This document shows, piece after piece, positions 29,061-38,589 of a DNA stretch of 64,000 nucleotides. The position numbers and the translations under genes were made by a program. The notes below the pieces were generated by a model. That model was not told the origin of the DNA, made no database searches, and saw nothing but the letters and a program-made list of their open reading frames with translations. How positions within the stretch are numbered: position 1 is the stretch's first letter; the number at the start of each line of letters is the position of its first letter. The DNA comes from a virus (taxonomy: Duplodnaviria > Caudoviricetes): IMG/VR virus record IMGVR_UViG_3300010998_000002, positions 1-64,000 of that record, one strand, 5' to 3'.

Positions 29061-29970
29061 ATTGCTTTCTCCATTTTTCTCTATTATAATAAACATATTG
29101 AAAATTTATATTATGCTCTTTTGCATATTGCATACAATTTAAGTTTGGATTTTCCTCAAAGGCTTTAAACAATTCTTCTTGTATAAAATTATACTTCATT
29201 TTTGGTGAAATGTCAAACATTACTTTTTTATATTCAATATATTTATTGTATTTATATGACTTATAAACCGAGATATTTTTATATAAAAAATCACAGAATC
29301 TTAATGCTTTAATCCCATTAAACCTAATATCTATAACATTATTTTTTTTACAAAATTTAGCATTTTGAAATATAGATATTTTTTCTAATTGCTTTTGCAT
29401 ATTAAATGAACATACAAAACTAATAGACAACATATTTTTATAAACGCCAATACAACCATCACCATCAATATATCCGATAAAAAAATACTTTAATTTATTT
29501 AAGTCATTTAAAATATATTCAGGTATGTGAAAATTATAAGTTTTTCTAGGTTTTATATTATTTTCTATTAATTTTTGCCAAATTTTTTGACTTCTAAAAC
29601 TTAATGAATAAACTTGTTTACCAACTTTAGGATTAGTAATATAAATAGGATAATTTGTATCTAATATTTTTTTTATATATTCAATTAATTTTAATCCATT
29701 ATCCCCAGATTGAGAAATAGAGATTGTGTGATTAAGTTCATTTAAACATCCATCAGAAGCCATTAAACCCAAAAAGTAATATTTTATATTACTATCAATA
29801 TCTAAAAAATTATCATTTAATTTATATTGTCGTTTAAAATTTTTACCACGTTGTTTAGTAGTTAATGCACTAGATTTATGACTACATACATCAGAACAGC
29901 ACATCCGAATCTTTGACGTTGTAGTAAAAGTTTTACCGCAATATTTACATTTTTTTACAAACTCTCTCAT
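29050..29970 (-). mobile_element. double-motif LAGLIDADG homing endonuclease with N-terminal zinc finger
   Basis: YFLGLMASDGC and FFIGYIDGDGC; CKYCG...CCSDVC; sits between the two RNA ligase halves. Confidence 0.9.
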
Positions 29971-30026
29971 TTTTATCTCCTATAATATTCATTATAATTA
30001 AGTATATTTATGTATCTCCTATAAAT

Positions 30027-30055
30027 ATTATAGTTATTTTTTTATAAACTGTAAA
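30027..30055 (-). promoter_or_regulatory. promoter inside the endonuclease insertion
   Basis: TTTACA-17-TATAAT immediately after the stop of 30060-31589. Confidence 0.6.
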
Positions 30056-30059
30056 CTTT

Positions 30060-31589
30060 TCAACCCCATGTAAAAAATTTTGGGTATGAACGTGCAATTA
30101 CTTTTTCAGTTTTTGCATCAACAAACAGACCTCTTGCCTTACAAGTTAAATTATTCCAATCTCTACGATAAAATACATCTCGTTTAAAATTATAACTTAC
30201 AATACCATCTTTAAGAATTTTCTTTTGAACTAATTTTGATTCATTAAGTTCTTTTAATAATTCATTGTCGGTTTTTGTTTCAAGTTTATCAACTTTTTCT
30301 TGAACTTTAAAACAATCTTTATTAAATACCGGATTAGGCATTTCCCATACGGCACTACCATCTTCGCCATAAACTTCTAAAATTCTTAATGGTGCGCCAA
30401 ATTCAACATTAGAACATAAATTAAAAGTTCTTTCGCCTGCATTGGCTTTAACATCAAAAATATTTCTATGACCATGAATAAGAATTACATCATCAGTATT
30501 TTTTCTCCAAGCATCATAAATCAAATCAATATCTTCATATTTTCCAACACCCTTAATCATTTCATCTGTTGAAGTAAAAATTGTAGGAATTGTAGGCAAA
30601 CCACCATGACAAGCAAAATATTTTTTGCCCTTAAAATTGATATAAGCCATTTGCCCAAATTTACGGCATAATTGTCGCAAATCTTTTTTATCAAATCCTT
30701 CAATTTGTGGAATTGTATTTTTTACAAATTCACCACTTCTAATTTTATTCTTATTGATTTCATAAATTAATTCTTTACCACCATATTTTTTAAGAATTTT
30801 AGCATGGTCGGAATCTAAAGAAGTTTCAGCGCCAATTTCTTCTGCATACATTCTTAACCATTGCTCATGATTACCTTCAAGTAATAAAACATTCTTTTTG
30901 TCTTTAATAGATAACAAAAACTCTATCACTTCTTTATTTTGAATACCCCTATCAAGATAATCGCCTAAAAAGATATATGCTGTTTTTTCATCAAAAGGTC
31001 TTGCTTCAAAATAAGATTTAATTGGCTCATAACAACCATGAATATCGCCAAAGAAAACAACTTTATCATATTCGCTATAATCATAAATTAAATCTTCATA
31101 TAATTTTGCAATGGCATCTGCCGGTTTTAAAATATTAAATTTCTTACTGACTTCCGTATCTTGTTCAAATACAGCCGACATTTTTCTAATAGTTTCTTCC
31201 GGTACTCTTTTATATTCATCTCTTGCGTTATTTCTTGCTAATAAAACGTCTAACGGCACATCTGTAAAATCTACTACAAATGCACGATAACGATATTTTG
31301 AAATTAATTGTTTATATCTGTTAAGTAATTCAGATTTATAATGAGTTGCATCAATAATAACAAATTCACCCCTAGCCATTCTTTCTTCTAGGATATTAAA
31401 CAATAACTTCCAAACCTTACCATCATTTTGTTGCGTAATAACAAAATTACCTTCTTTATTCAAAATAGGTGATTGATACATTACCCTAATTTTATCCGCC
31501 GAAAGTGCATATTGCTCTAAATGATTATTTTCAATCCATGTTGATTTTCCGCTTGCCGGCGCACCACGCAAAATATAAATAGTTCGCAT
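30060..31589 (-). CDS. polynucleotide kinase + metallophosphoesterase + N-terminal part of RNA ligase
   Basis: GAPASGKST, GDIHG, GDYLDRG, GNHE, HGG, HGH; ends KARGLF...ARSYPKFFTWG just before ligase motif I. Confidence 0.9.
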   Translation of the reverse strand: MRTIYILRGAPASGKSTWIENNHLEQYALSADKIRVMYQSPILNKEGNFVITQQNDGKVWKLLFNILEERMARGEFVIIDATHYKSELLNRYKQLISKYRYRAFVVDFTDVPLDVLLARNNARDEYKRVPEETIRKMSAVFEQDTEVSKKFNILKPADAIAKLYEDLIYDYSEYDKVVFFGDIHGCYEPIKSYFEARPFDEKTAYIFLGDYLDRGIQNKEVIEFLLSIKDKKNVLLLEGNHEQWLRMYAEEIGAETSLDSDHAKILKKYGGKELIYEINKNKIRSGEFVKNTIPQIEGFDKKDLRQLCRKFGQMAYINFKGKKYFACHGGLPTIPTIFTSTDEMIKGVGKYEDIDLIYDAWRKNTDDVILIHGHRNIFDVKANAGERTFNLCSNVEFGAPLRILEVYGEDGSAVWEMPNPVFNKDCFKVQEKVDKLETKTDNELLKELNESKLVQKKILKDGIVSYNFKRDVFYRRDWNNLTCKARGLFVDAKTEKVIARSYPKFFTWG

Positions 31590-31590
31590 T

Positions 31591-32265
31591 TTACTCTCCT
31601 TTATATATTAAACCTAATCCATTTTCCTTTAATTCAATTAACGGCATAAATTCTTCTACAAGTTTTTCATTCTTTGTAAATAACAATAAAGATGTTTCAA
31701 GCAAATCTCTAAATTTTTCTGCTCCAAAATTCTTTTTTGCTATTATATGATAACCATTTACCGTTTCTAATGTAGTTAAATAGCCATCTCCACAAAAGTT
31801 TTTTATACCCTCTTTAATCTGTTCGTGTTTTTTATCTAGGTCTATTAACCAAGTACGACAACCCTCACAATCTTTCATTTTATCGGTACTTTCTTTTTTA
31901 CTTGTTTCAGAAGCCACGATTTTATTGAGTTTATGGACAGAAAATTCACAACCATAAATAATTTCCCCAATAACCTTATTTAAAGTTTGAGAAGTATTAA
32001 CGAAAGTTTTAATAGTTGATTTTCTATCCAATGTAAAATATAATCTCGCACCTGTTAAATCGCAAAATTTTATCATTATAGGTTTTAGTTTTTGATAAGA
32101 TTCCAAACTATCAATTAACCAATATTTTAAACTTGTAGAATTTGGATTTGTAGCCAATTCATTACTACCATCTTTTGACCGGATAATTGCTTCAAATTTA
32201 TAATAACTTCCGTTTTTAAATTCTAAAAGTTTTTGTTCTATTTGTGTAAAATTATTAATCATCAA
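31591..32265 (-). CDS. conserved phage protein, possible AEP/prim-pol-like fold
   Basis: RSKD, ARLY, WLIDLD, T.NGYHII motifs (DxD plus GxH). Confidence 0.55.
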   Translation of the reverse strand: MMINNFTQIEQKLLEFKNGSYYKFEAIIRSKDGSNELATNPNSTSLKYWLIDSLESYQKLKPIMIKFCDLTGARLYFTLDRKSTIKTFVNTSQTLNKVIGEIIYGCEFSVHKLNKIVASETSKKESTDKMKDCEGCRTWLIDLDKKHEQIKEGIKNFCGDGYLTTLETVNGYHIIAKKNFGAEKFRDLLETSLLLFTKNEKLVEEFMPLIELKENGLGLIYKGE

Positions 32266-32317
32266 TGCCCTCTTTCCTATATTATAGTATCATATTTTAC
32301 TACATATTGTCAAGAGT

Positions 32318-32353
32318 AAAGGAAAAGGCGTGCCGATTACCCGATGACACGCC
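32318..32353 (-). terminator. terminator closing the radical SAM operon
   Basis: GGCGTG...CACGCC stem followed by T-tract on minus strand. Confidence 0.65.
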
Positions 32354-32391
32354 CAAATAATAAATAGGAAATTCCAAGTCTTACAACAATA

Positions 32392-32982
32392 TTAAAAACA
32401 TACACCATCAAATTTTTCTTGAAGTTCTTTATATTTTTGCCATTCAGCATCCTGCTCATATTCTTTCAATTTTGCACATACCGGACAAAAAGATTCTGGC
32501 ACTCCTGTATCATAAATATATTCAGATATAATATCGCCATATTCATCATCAAAATCTTCATCAGACATATCTTTATAATCAATATCCAAATCTTCAATAT
32601 TTTCATTATCGGTTATTAATTTGCGCTGATAATATTCTATTTGTTCTTGAAGATAATTAGGATTTTTTTCTACATCTTTTTGATACCAGGTCGGAATCTT
32701 TTTTGTACCATTTATCATATTTTGTAAATCTAGTATATCTTGTTCGGTTTCTTCTTTTTCAGATACAAAATGCTTTCTCAAATATTGATATTGTTCTTCT
32801 TTTGTAGCGCTTTGCCTAAAATCTCTTTCTGCGTGTGCTAAATGAAATTGATGCCCATGCTCGCATTGCTCCATCTCAAAATCGGACAAACTACAATCAA
32901 AGCCACTTTCAATTTGACCGCAAATGTTACATAAAAAACTACTACTTGATGAATTGCTTACAAAGCCATTTCGGATTTTCAT
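32392..32982 (-). CDS. NSSSSS-leader protein 6 (zinc-binding)
   Basis: MKIRNGFVSNSSSSSF; CNIC, CEHGH, CPVC. Confidence 0.85.
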   Translation of the reverse strand: MKIRNGFVSNSSSSSFLCNICGQIESGFDCSLSDFEMEQCEHGHQFHLAHAERDFRQSATKEEQYQYLRKHFVSEKEETEQDILDLQNMINGTKKIPTWYQKDVEKNPNYLQEQIEYYQRKLITDNENIEDLDIDYKDMSDEDFDDEYGDIISEYIYDTGVPESFCPVCAKLKEYEQDAEWQKYKELQEKFDGVCF

Positions 32983-33016
32983 TTTAACCTCTCTTTCCGT
33001 TTTCTGTCTATAAACA

Positions 33017-33490
33017 CTAACCCATGTGGGTATTATAATCTATTGGATTGAATTTTTTAATTATTTTCTCACCGGCATCATACGGTATATAATTATCGTA
33101 TGAATCGTATAATACTAAATCAGTATCAGCAAAATTACTAATAGTATTTCCATACCAATCTTCTATATCAAAATCAGAATTTGAATTATTACTACGTTTC
33201 ATTTCACCAACAGTAGTAATTTTAATATTTTCATCCAATTCCTTTTCGTTATATTCACAAGCAATTCTATCTAAAGATTTTTTGGCATGCTCAATCCTTT
33301 CAACAATTGGGCGTGATTTCTTGTTATATTTTGAATATCCATCAAATAAAGTATAATCAACTACCGATTTAATTTCTGATTTATACGATTGTTCTTTGGC
33401 GAATTTTAATATCTTTTCTGCATCATATTCACCGGAAATTATAAAACTACTTGAACTACTATTACTAATAAATCCGTTTCTTATTTTCAT
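33017..33490 (-). CDS. NSSSSS-leader protein 5
   Basis: MKIRNGFISNSSSSSF. Confidence 0.85.
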   Translation of the reverse strand: MKIRNGFISNSSSSSFIISGEYDAEKILKFAKEQSYKSEIKSVVDYTLFDGYSKYNKKSRPIVERIEHAKKSLDRIACEYNEKELDENIKITTVGEMKRSNNSNSDFDIEDWYGNTISNFADTDLVLYDSYDNYIPYDAGEKIIKKFNPIDYNTHMG

Positions 33491-33501
33491 TAATACCCTT
33501 C

Positions 33502-33807
33502 TTATGAATAATATCCATCATATATTAACTCAATTTTACTACCACTCATTAATTTTGCCATATCATCAGATGACAATATTGAAGATAACTCTTTAAATAC
33601 AGTAACACAGGCATCGCCAAGTTTTTCATCTTCTAAATATTTTCTTGCCCATAAACCTACACAATAGCCTTCTTCATCACCGTTAAAAAAATCTAAATCA
33701 CTATATTTTTCCTGTAAATTATAGTAGGTATCTTCATCTGTATGAACTCCGATGATGCAAAAACTTGAACTACTAGAATTACTTACAAAGCCATTTCTCA
33801 ATTTCAT
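33502..33807 (-). CDS. NSSSSS-leader protein 4
   Basis: MKLRNGFVSNSSSSSF. Confidence 0.85.
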   Translation of the reverse strand: MKLRNGFVSNSSSSSFCIIGVHTDEDTYYNLQEKYSDLDFFNGDEEGYCVGLWARKYLEDEKLGDACVTVFKELSSILSSDDMAKLMSGSKIELIYDGYYS

Positions 33808-34204
33808 ATTCCCAAACCCTCTTGTATTTCTTTAGTATAGCATGAACTTCTGGATTGTCAAGAGCAAATAACTCATTGTAAAGTTTTGTTTTCTCCGAAC
33901 CCAAAATTACATCCTTTAGAATATAAACGCAACCAAATCCTCTGTCGCCTTCCAATTCTACAAACGCATCTTCATCATACGGACTACCATGACTTCCTTC
34001 AACGGTATCATCTGTCAATGCTGACATTTCTTCATAGAAATCATCACCATCCGATATAAATGATGTATATAATTTTCCGTCTAGTTCATAATAATCATAA
34101 CCACCTTTGGCATCTATTAACTCTTGTGCCTTTTTGACATTATCGCCAGAAATGATAAAACTTGAACTAGAACTATTACTTACAAATCCACTTCTAACCT
34201 TCAT
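33779..34204 (-). CDS. NSSSSS-leader protein 3
   Basis: MKVRSGFVSNSSSSSF. Confidence 0.85.
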   Translation of the reverse strand: MKVRSGFVSNSSSSSFIISGDNVKKAQELIDAKGGYDYYELDGKLYTSFISDGDDFYEEMSALTDDTVEGSHGSPYDEDAFVELEGDRGFGCVYILKDVILGSEKTKLYNELFALDNPEVHAILKKYKRVWEYEIEKWLCK

Positions 34205-34532
34205 CTACATACTCCAAGTTCATAGAATTTAAAACTTTATAATAAATATCTTCTTCACCGTATTCAACATTAGCATACATAATAGTTTTATTTTCTTTTA
34301 CAGCATCATAAATAGTAGGTTTCCAACCGCCCGCTTCATCGTATTCTGCTAAATAATCTTCCCAAGAATTATAACCATATTCTTCTACAACTATTTCTCT
34401 AGCCGGTGCAATTGTAAATAAACTTTCAAGAATTTTCTTACAATTAGGGCATTCAAGCAAATTAGCATCATCAATTTGCACTATAAAACTACTTGAACTA
34501 CTATTACTAACAAACCCATTTCTTACTTTCAT
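34194..34532 (-). CDS. NSSSSS-leader protein 2
   Basis: MKVRNGFVSNSSSSSF; CPNC. Confidence 0.85.
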   Translation of the reverse strand: MKVRNGFVSNSSSSSFIVQIDDANLLECPNCKKILESLFTIAPAREIVVEEYGYNSWEDYLAEYDEAGGWKPTIYDAVKENKTIMYANVEYGEEDIYYKVLNSMNLEYVDEG

Positions 34533-34540
34533 TTTATCTC

Positions 34541-34921
34541 CTAGTGATTATTATAAACCCTTACATTAACTTCGCCATCAGAATCATCTTGAATTTCATT
34601 ACAAAATTCTTCCATTTCATACTGTTGATTACAAGTCAAACTATTACAAAATCCGGCACATTCATTACCATATTCAACAATATATTGATTATAATCTAAC
34701 TCATTGATTCCATAGTGTTTTCTTTCCCAATCATCTAAATTAGGTTGACTATTTGCCTTATCACACAAATCATTATATAGTTGTTCTACGGGGTCAAATA
34801 CACCTTCGCCATTTAACAATTCTCTAAATTCTTCCAATGTATATTTAGTTATATCTTGTGGAAGCGTTATTAAAAATGAACTTGACGAACTATTTGACAC
34901 AAAACCATTACGAATTTTCAT
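34541..34921 (-). CDS. NSSSSS-leader protein 1
   Basis: MKIRNGFVSNSSSSSF. Confidence 0.85.
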   Translation of the reverse strand: MKIRNGFVSNSSSSSFLITLPQDITKYTLEEFRELLNGEGVFDPVEQLYNDLCDKANSQPNLDDWERKHYGINELDYNQYIVEYGNECAGFCNSLTCNQQYEMEEFCNEIQDDSDGEVNVRVYNNH

Positions 34922-34929
34922 TTACTCTC

Positions 34930-36132
34930 CTAATCCAACTTATACATCGGACATTTTCTTTCATTTTTTAATAATATTTCTCTAAATTTTTGTGTTTTTT
35001 CGGACTCCCAAACATCGGTTCTAAAATCCTGTGCATCCAAAACACTTATGCCATTTTGCCACATACCTTCATTTTCACAGAATGAGCAAGCAAAAAATTC
35101 GCCTTTATGATTAATATATGAACTAAAACAACTTGATTCACATGGCTCTGCGCACATTGCTTTTTGTTCATAATCTTTATCATTAGCAATTACTCTTAAA
35201 TAAGCATGCGCCGAACAACTGTCAAAACCTATATTAACACCCTTTTCTTCTGCGTATGCAATAATATGTCGGTATTGCTCATCTGTCAAATGATTAAATT
35301 TGCCAACGCCATTACCTTTAGGTTTGTATTTTAATAATACTACTGCCTTAACCTTACCTTTAATTCTTTCATCAGTAGTCAAATCATCAATAATTGATAA
35401 TATTTTATTATAAGACTTATCGTGTGCTATTGTATGGAAATTAATTTGTCTAACTCCTGCATTATACAACAATTCTACTGCTCTATACGACTTCTCTTTA
35501 TTATAAACCGATACTGCAACAGCACCACAATATTTAGCAGATAATTCGGCATATTCTTCATTCATATCTAAACCATGACATGTATAATTAGGTATTACAT
35601 CAAATTCTCTGCAATATTCAAGCATTCCAAAGAAATCTGGATTTGTGCCTATATCACAAATTCCAAATGCTATTTGTTGTAATAAACCTTCATTATAAAC
35701 CTTCGTTTCTAAAATATCTTCCGGCTCAATATAAATTTGTTTCACTCTTGCAATAATATCGGCTTTTGTATAACAACCTCGCCAAGATAAGTTCATTTCC
35801 GCCTTTATTGGCTCTTTACCACTCTTAAAAGTTGTTACAATAACAGTTTTTGCAACCTTATGAAAAATATCCCTAAACTCATCAAATGTCATATTATGAG
35901 TTTTTTCAACAGCACCGTTACACTTGTAACATTCTGGACATTGCCCCATGCATTTACCGGCAGAAATTTCTAAATCTAAAATTTCTGGCATTGGAGCATA
36001 TAACGGATTTTCATCTTTTGTTCTGCCCCAACGAGCAAAATATCCTGTTTCTTTATTAAATAAAGAATTATAATATTGCGACCTTACCATTTTGGATTTA
36101 TCGTTTTCTATCATTAACATTCCGTTAGCCAT
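34930..36132 (-). CDS. radical SAM enzyme with C-terminal SPASM/twitch-like Cys cluster
   Basis: CMGQCPEC (CxxxCxxC); GFDSC, CESSCFSSYINHKGEFFACSF, CPMY. Confidence 0.9.
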   Translation of the reverse strand: MANGMLMIENDKSKMVRSQYYNSLFNKETGYFARWGRTKDENPLYAPMPEILDLEISAGKCMGQCPECYKCNGAVEKTHNMTFDEFRDIFHKVAKTVIVTTFKSGKEPIKAEMNLSWRGCYTKADIIARVKQIYIEPEDILETKVYNEGLLQQIAFGICDIGTNPDFFGMLEYCREFDVIPNYTCHGLDMNEEYAELSAKYCGAVAVSVYNKEKSYRAVELLYNAGVRQINFHTIAHDKSYNKILSIIDDLTTDERIKGKVKAVVLLKYKPKGNGVGKFNHLTDEQYRHIIAYAEEKGVNIGFDSCSAHAYLRVIANDKDYEQKAMCAEPCESSCFSSYINHKGEFFACSFCENEGMWQNGISVLDAQDFRTDVWESEKTQKFREILLKNERKCPMYKLD

Positions 36133-36158
36133 CTATTTCCTCTTTCTTCTTATGATAA

Positions 36159-36193
36159 AATCATATCAAATTTTTTAATTAAAGTCAAGAGTA
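36159..36193 (-). promoter_or_regulatory. promoter of the radical SAM operon
   Basis: TACTCTTGACT, 17-bp spacer with TG, then -10-like TATGAT. Confidence 0.65.
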
Positions 36194-36373
36194 GATATTT
36201 TCTTTTATCATTTGAGATATAATTTCATTACAATCTAAAATTTTTTCTTCAATCAATTGATGATTATCACAATATAATGGGCATTGCATACAAAAACCAA
36301 TACAAATTTTTTCTTTAGTTTCTGTATCGTATGTTATCGGAAATTCATCGTATTTATATAACTTAATTTTCAT
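36185..36373 (-). CDS. small Cys-rich hypothetical protein
   Basis: 62 aa, CIGFCMQCPLYC. Confidence 0.6.
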   Translation of the reverse strand: MKIKLYKYDEFPITYDTETKEKICIGFCMQCPLYCDNHQLIEEKILDCNEIISQMIKENIYS

Positions 36374-37152
36374 TTTCTTTCAACCTTTTAACTGCTATAT
36401 CATAATATTTCTTTTCTAATTCAATGCCAATAAAACGTCTATGCACATTTTGGCATGCTAGACAGGTACTTCCTACACCCATAGTATTGTCCATCACCAA
36501 GCACCCCCCCATTTGTATAAGTTTTGACTAAATATTCTAAAAGCGCAACAGGTTTTTCGTTTGTGTGTAATTTCTTTCCAGCCGGAGTTTCCGGAAAATC
36601 TAATAAAACGTCTGTCGGATAATTTGTATATTCTCTTGTAAATTCAGCCTTATGCGATGGTCTTTCTCCTGCGATTGTACCAAATCTACCTTTGCCTGCC
36701 TTAATAGTTTTATTGCATTCAATTAAACCCTGTGGATTATAAGTCATTCGTTTATCACCTAATTGAGAAGCATGCCCCATCGGTGCTTTTGAAAATACTA
36801 AAATATATTCACATTTTGTCATTGGTCTATTTTTGGCATGAACAAAATTTGTACTATTATTTTTAACCCATACCCATTGATATTTAAACAACGGAAGATT
36901 TGAAGATAATAAGTATGGCATAAATTGTCCACTTGCAAATAATACTATACTACCGGTATCACTTATTAATTGTTCGTATTTTTTCCATAATTCTTTTGCC
37001 GGTAAAATCTTATCCCAACTTGATGCAGTAGTTCCAAATGGCAAATCACATAAAATCATATCAACCTTAACACCTTTTGCAATTAAACCGTTCATTACTT
37101 GCATACAATCTTCGTTAAAAACTATACCATCTTTAAAAACCTTACTAATCAT
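36363..37152 (-). pseudogene. beta-class DNA methyltransferase frameshifted at a G7 tract (possibly phase variable)
   Basis: DLPF motif and HTNEKP in frame; SAM-binding VMDNTMGVGST..RRFIGIE continues in the +1 frame after GGGGGGG (C7 at 36504-36510). Confidence 0.85.
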
Positions 37153-37248
37153 ATCTTCCCTCAAACTTTCTTTATTGCATCCATATTATACGATTGTTTT
37201 TTAAAGAAGTCAAGACAAGTCATCATTTTGAATAAAAACTCTTAAGTT

Positions 37249-37310
37249 TGAGCATTGATATAAAAATACCTTCATCCGACACTTGCTATGACAGCGTTTC
37301 AGAGAAGGTA
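37249..37310 (-). terminator. hairpin/terminator with 22-nt repeat
   Basis: TACCTTC...GAAGGTA stem then T-tract; GGTATTTTTATATCAATGCTCA shared with 61355-61376. Confidence 0.55.
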
Positions 37311-37314
37311 AAAT

Positions 37315-37557
37315 TTAATATTTTGATTTTAACATCCGTTCTTTAATTCTTTTTAACATATTAATAACATCTAAATTAGGTAAATCATTATACGATTCTG
37401 ATTGACCTACTTGTTTTAAAATAGAATACTCCCAATCTCGTAAATAATTGCTAAAATATTCATACTTATCATGTAAAACGATACTTGCTTGTATCTTTTT
37501 GCAAGTATTAAAATATTTCTTCTGGTCTTTTAATTCTTCTTTTGATAATTCTGTCAT
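37315..37557 (-). CDS. hypothetical protein
   Basis: 80-aa coupled ORF. Confidence 0.65.
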   Translation of the reverse strand: MTELSKEELKDQKKYFNTCKKIQASIVLHDKYEYFSNYLRDWEYSILKQVGQSESYNDLPNLDVINMLKRIKERMLKSKY

Positions 37558-37928
37558 AAATTTACATGTTCCTTTAGTTTATTTAAACTTTCATAATCAT
37601 TAAGTTTAACGTAATAATCAACCAAATACATAACTTGCTTAACTGTAATCTTTTCAGTTTCAAACATAGCAAAACTTGTATCATCATCAGAAGGACAATC
37701 TAATAACATCCAACCTTTTTGTTTTACTAAAAAATCACGATATAAAACATTACCAAAGCCTTCTTCTTCCCATTGTTTTTCTTCATCTAATAAATTATTT
37801 TTAACAACATATTCACCAGCAAATTTTTCATGCTTACCCCAACGACATGAATAAAATATTCCGGTAGGTGTTAAAAATCCCATCGGCAGATTTTCATCTT
37901 TAATTTTACTATGAATAACTACAAGCAT
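37554..37928 (-). CDS. hypothetical phage protein
   Basis: GFLTPTG.FY.C.WG.H motif. Confidence 0.7.
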   Translation of the reverse strand: MLVVIHSKIKDENLPMGFLTPTGIFYSCRWGKHEKFAGEYVVKNNLLDEEKQWEEEGFGNVLYRDFLVKQKGWMLLDCPSDDDTSFAMFETEKITVKQVMYLVDYYVKLNDYESLNKLKEHVNL

Positions 37929-37930
37929 TT

Positions 37931-38137
37931 TTAAAAACTTTCATAATCAGTTATATTTTGTTTTTCACAATTTTCATTATCATTCCATTCATCTTGTAAT
38001 GCAATATGTAATGTATCTCCGATACCACCGCAGTTATTAGAAAATATCACGACATTTTCGTAATTATGAGTGGCACAAAATTTAAAAATTTGTTGTATTT
38101 CGTTATGTGTTAAAATTATCCATTTTTCTTCCGACAT
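37931..38137 (-). CDS. hypothetical protein
   Basis: 68-aa coupled ORF. Confidence 0.65.
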   Translation of the reverse strand: MSEEKWIILTHNEIQQIFKFCATHNYENVVIFSNNCGGIGDTLHIALQDEWNDNENCEKQNITDYESF

Positions 38138-38355
38138 TATCTATAAACCTCTGTGCGTTTTCCGGTAGTGCTATATTTTTCTACCTTTTTGATATTTGAT
38201 TTATTATTTTGATAATAAACTTTCGTATAACCAACCTTTTGACCTTTAGAGTTATATTGATTCAACTTATAATTTTTAGTTGAAGAATATTGACCGGCAA
38301 AAGCGACATTGCCTACTAACATTAATGCTAAAATCATAATTACTACTTTTTTCAT
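38137..38355 (-). CDS. small secreted basic protein
   Basis: signal peptide MKKVVIMILALMLVGNVAFA; two Y..xGx[KR] repeats. Confidence 0.7.
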   Translation of the reverse strand: MKKVVIMILALMLVGNVAFAGQYSSTKNYKLNQYNSKGQKVGYTKVYYQNNKSNIKKVEKYSTTGKRTEVYR

Positions 38356-38454
38356 AAGTAACTCACTTTCTTTTATTTGTAACCATACTTATAGTATAAC
38401 ATATAACTACAGATTTTGCAATAGTAAAATGGAATAATATTAAGTTTTATTACG

Positions 38455-38479
38455 AAAAAAGCACCTATTTCTAGGTGCT
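38455..38479 (-). terminator. intrinsic terminator of the RNA locus
   Basis: AGCACCTA-gaaa-TAGGTGCT plus T6 on minus strand. Confidence 0.8.
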
Positions 38480-38589
38480 ACTTATATGTATATTAGAGGT
38501 AAAATTGAAGGCGACAATGAGATTGATTACCCATATAATCCGATTACCCAACAGATTGTTTTTATTTAAACTATGTCGCCCATTTTAAT

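Noticed and set aside
29050-30060. Group I intron or intein in the RNA ligase
   Set aside because: In-frame stop after FTWG, no C/S...HN intein ends, only ~90 nt of AT-rich non-coding sequence with no recognisable catalytic core, and an independent SD for the second half. RT-PCR would be needed to exclude splicing fully.
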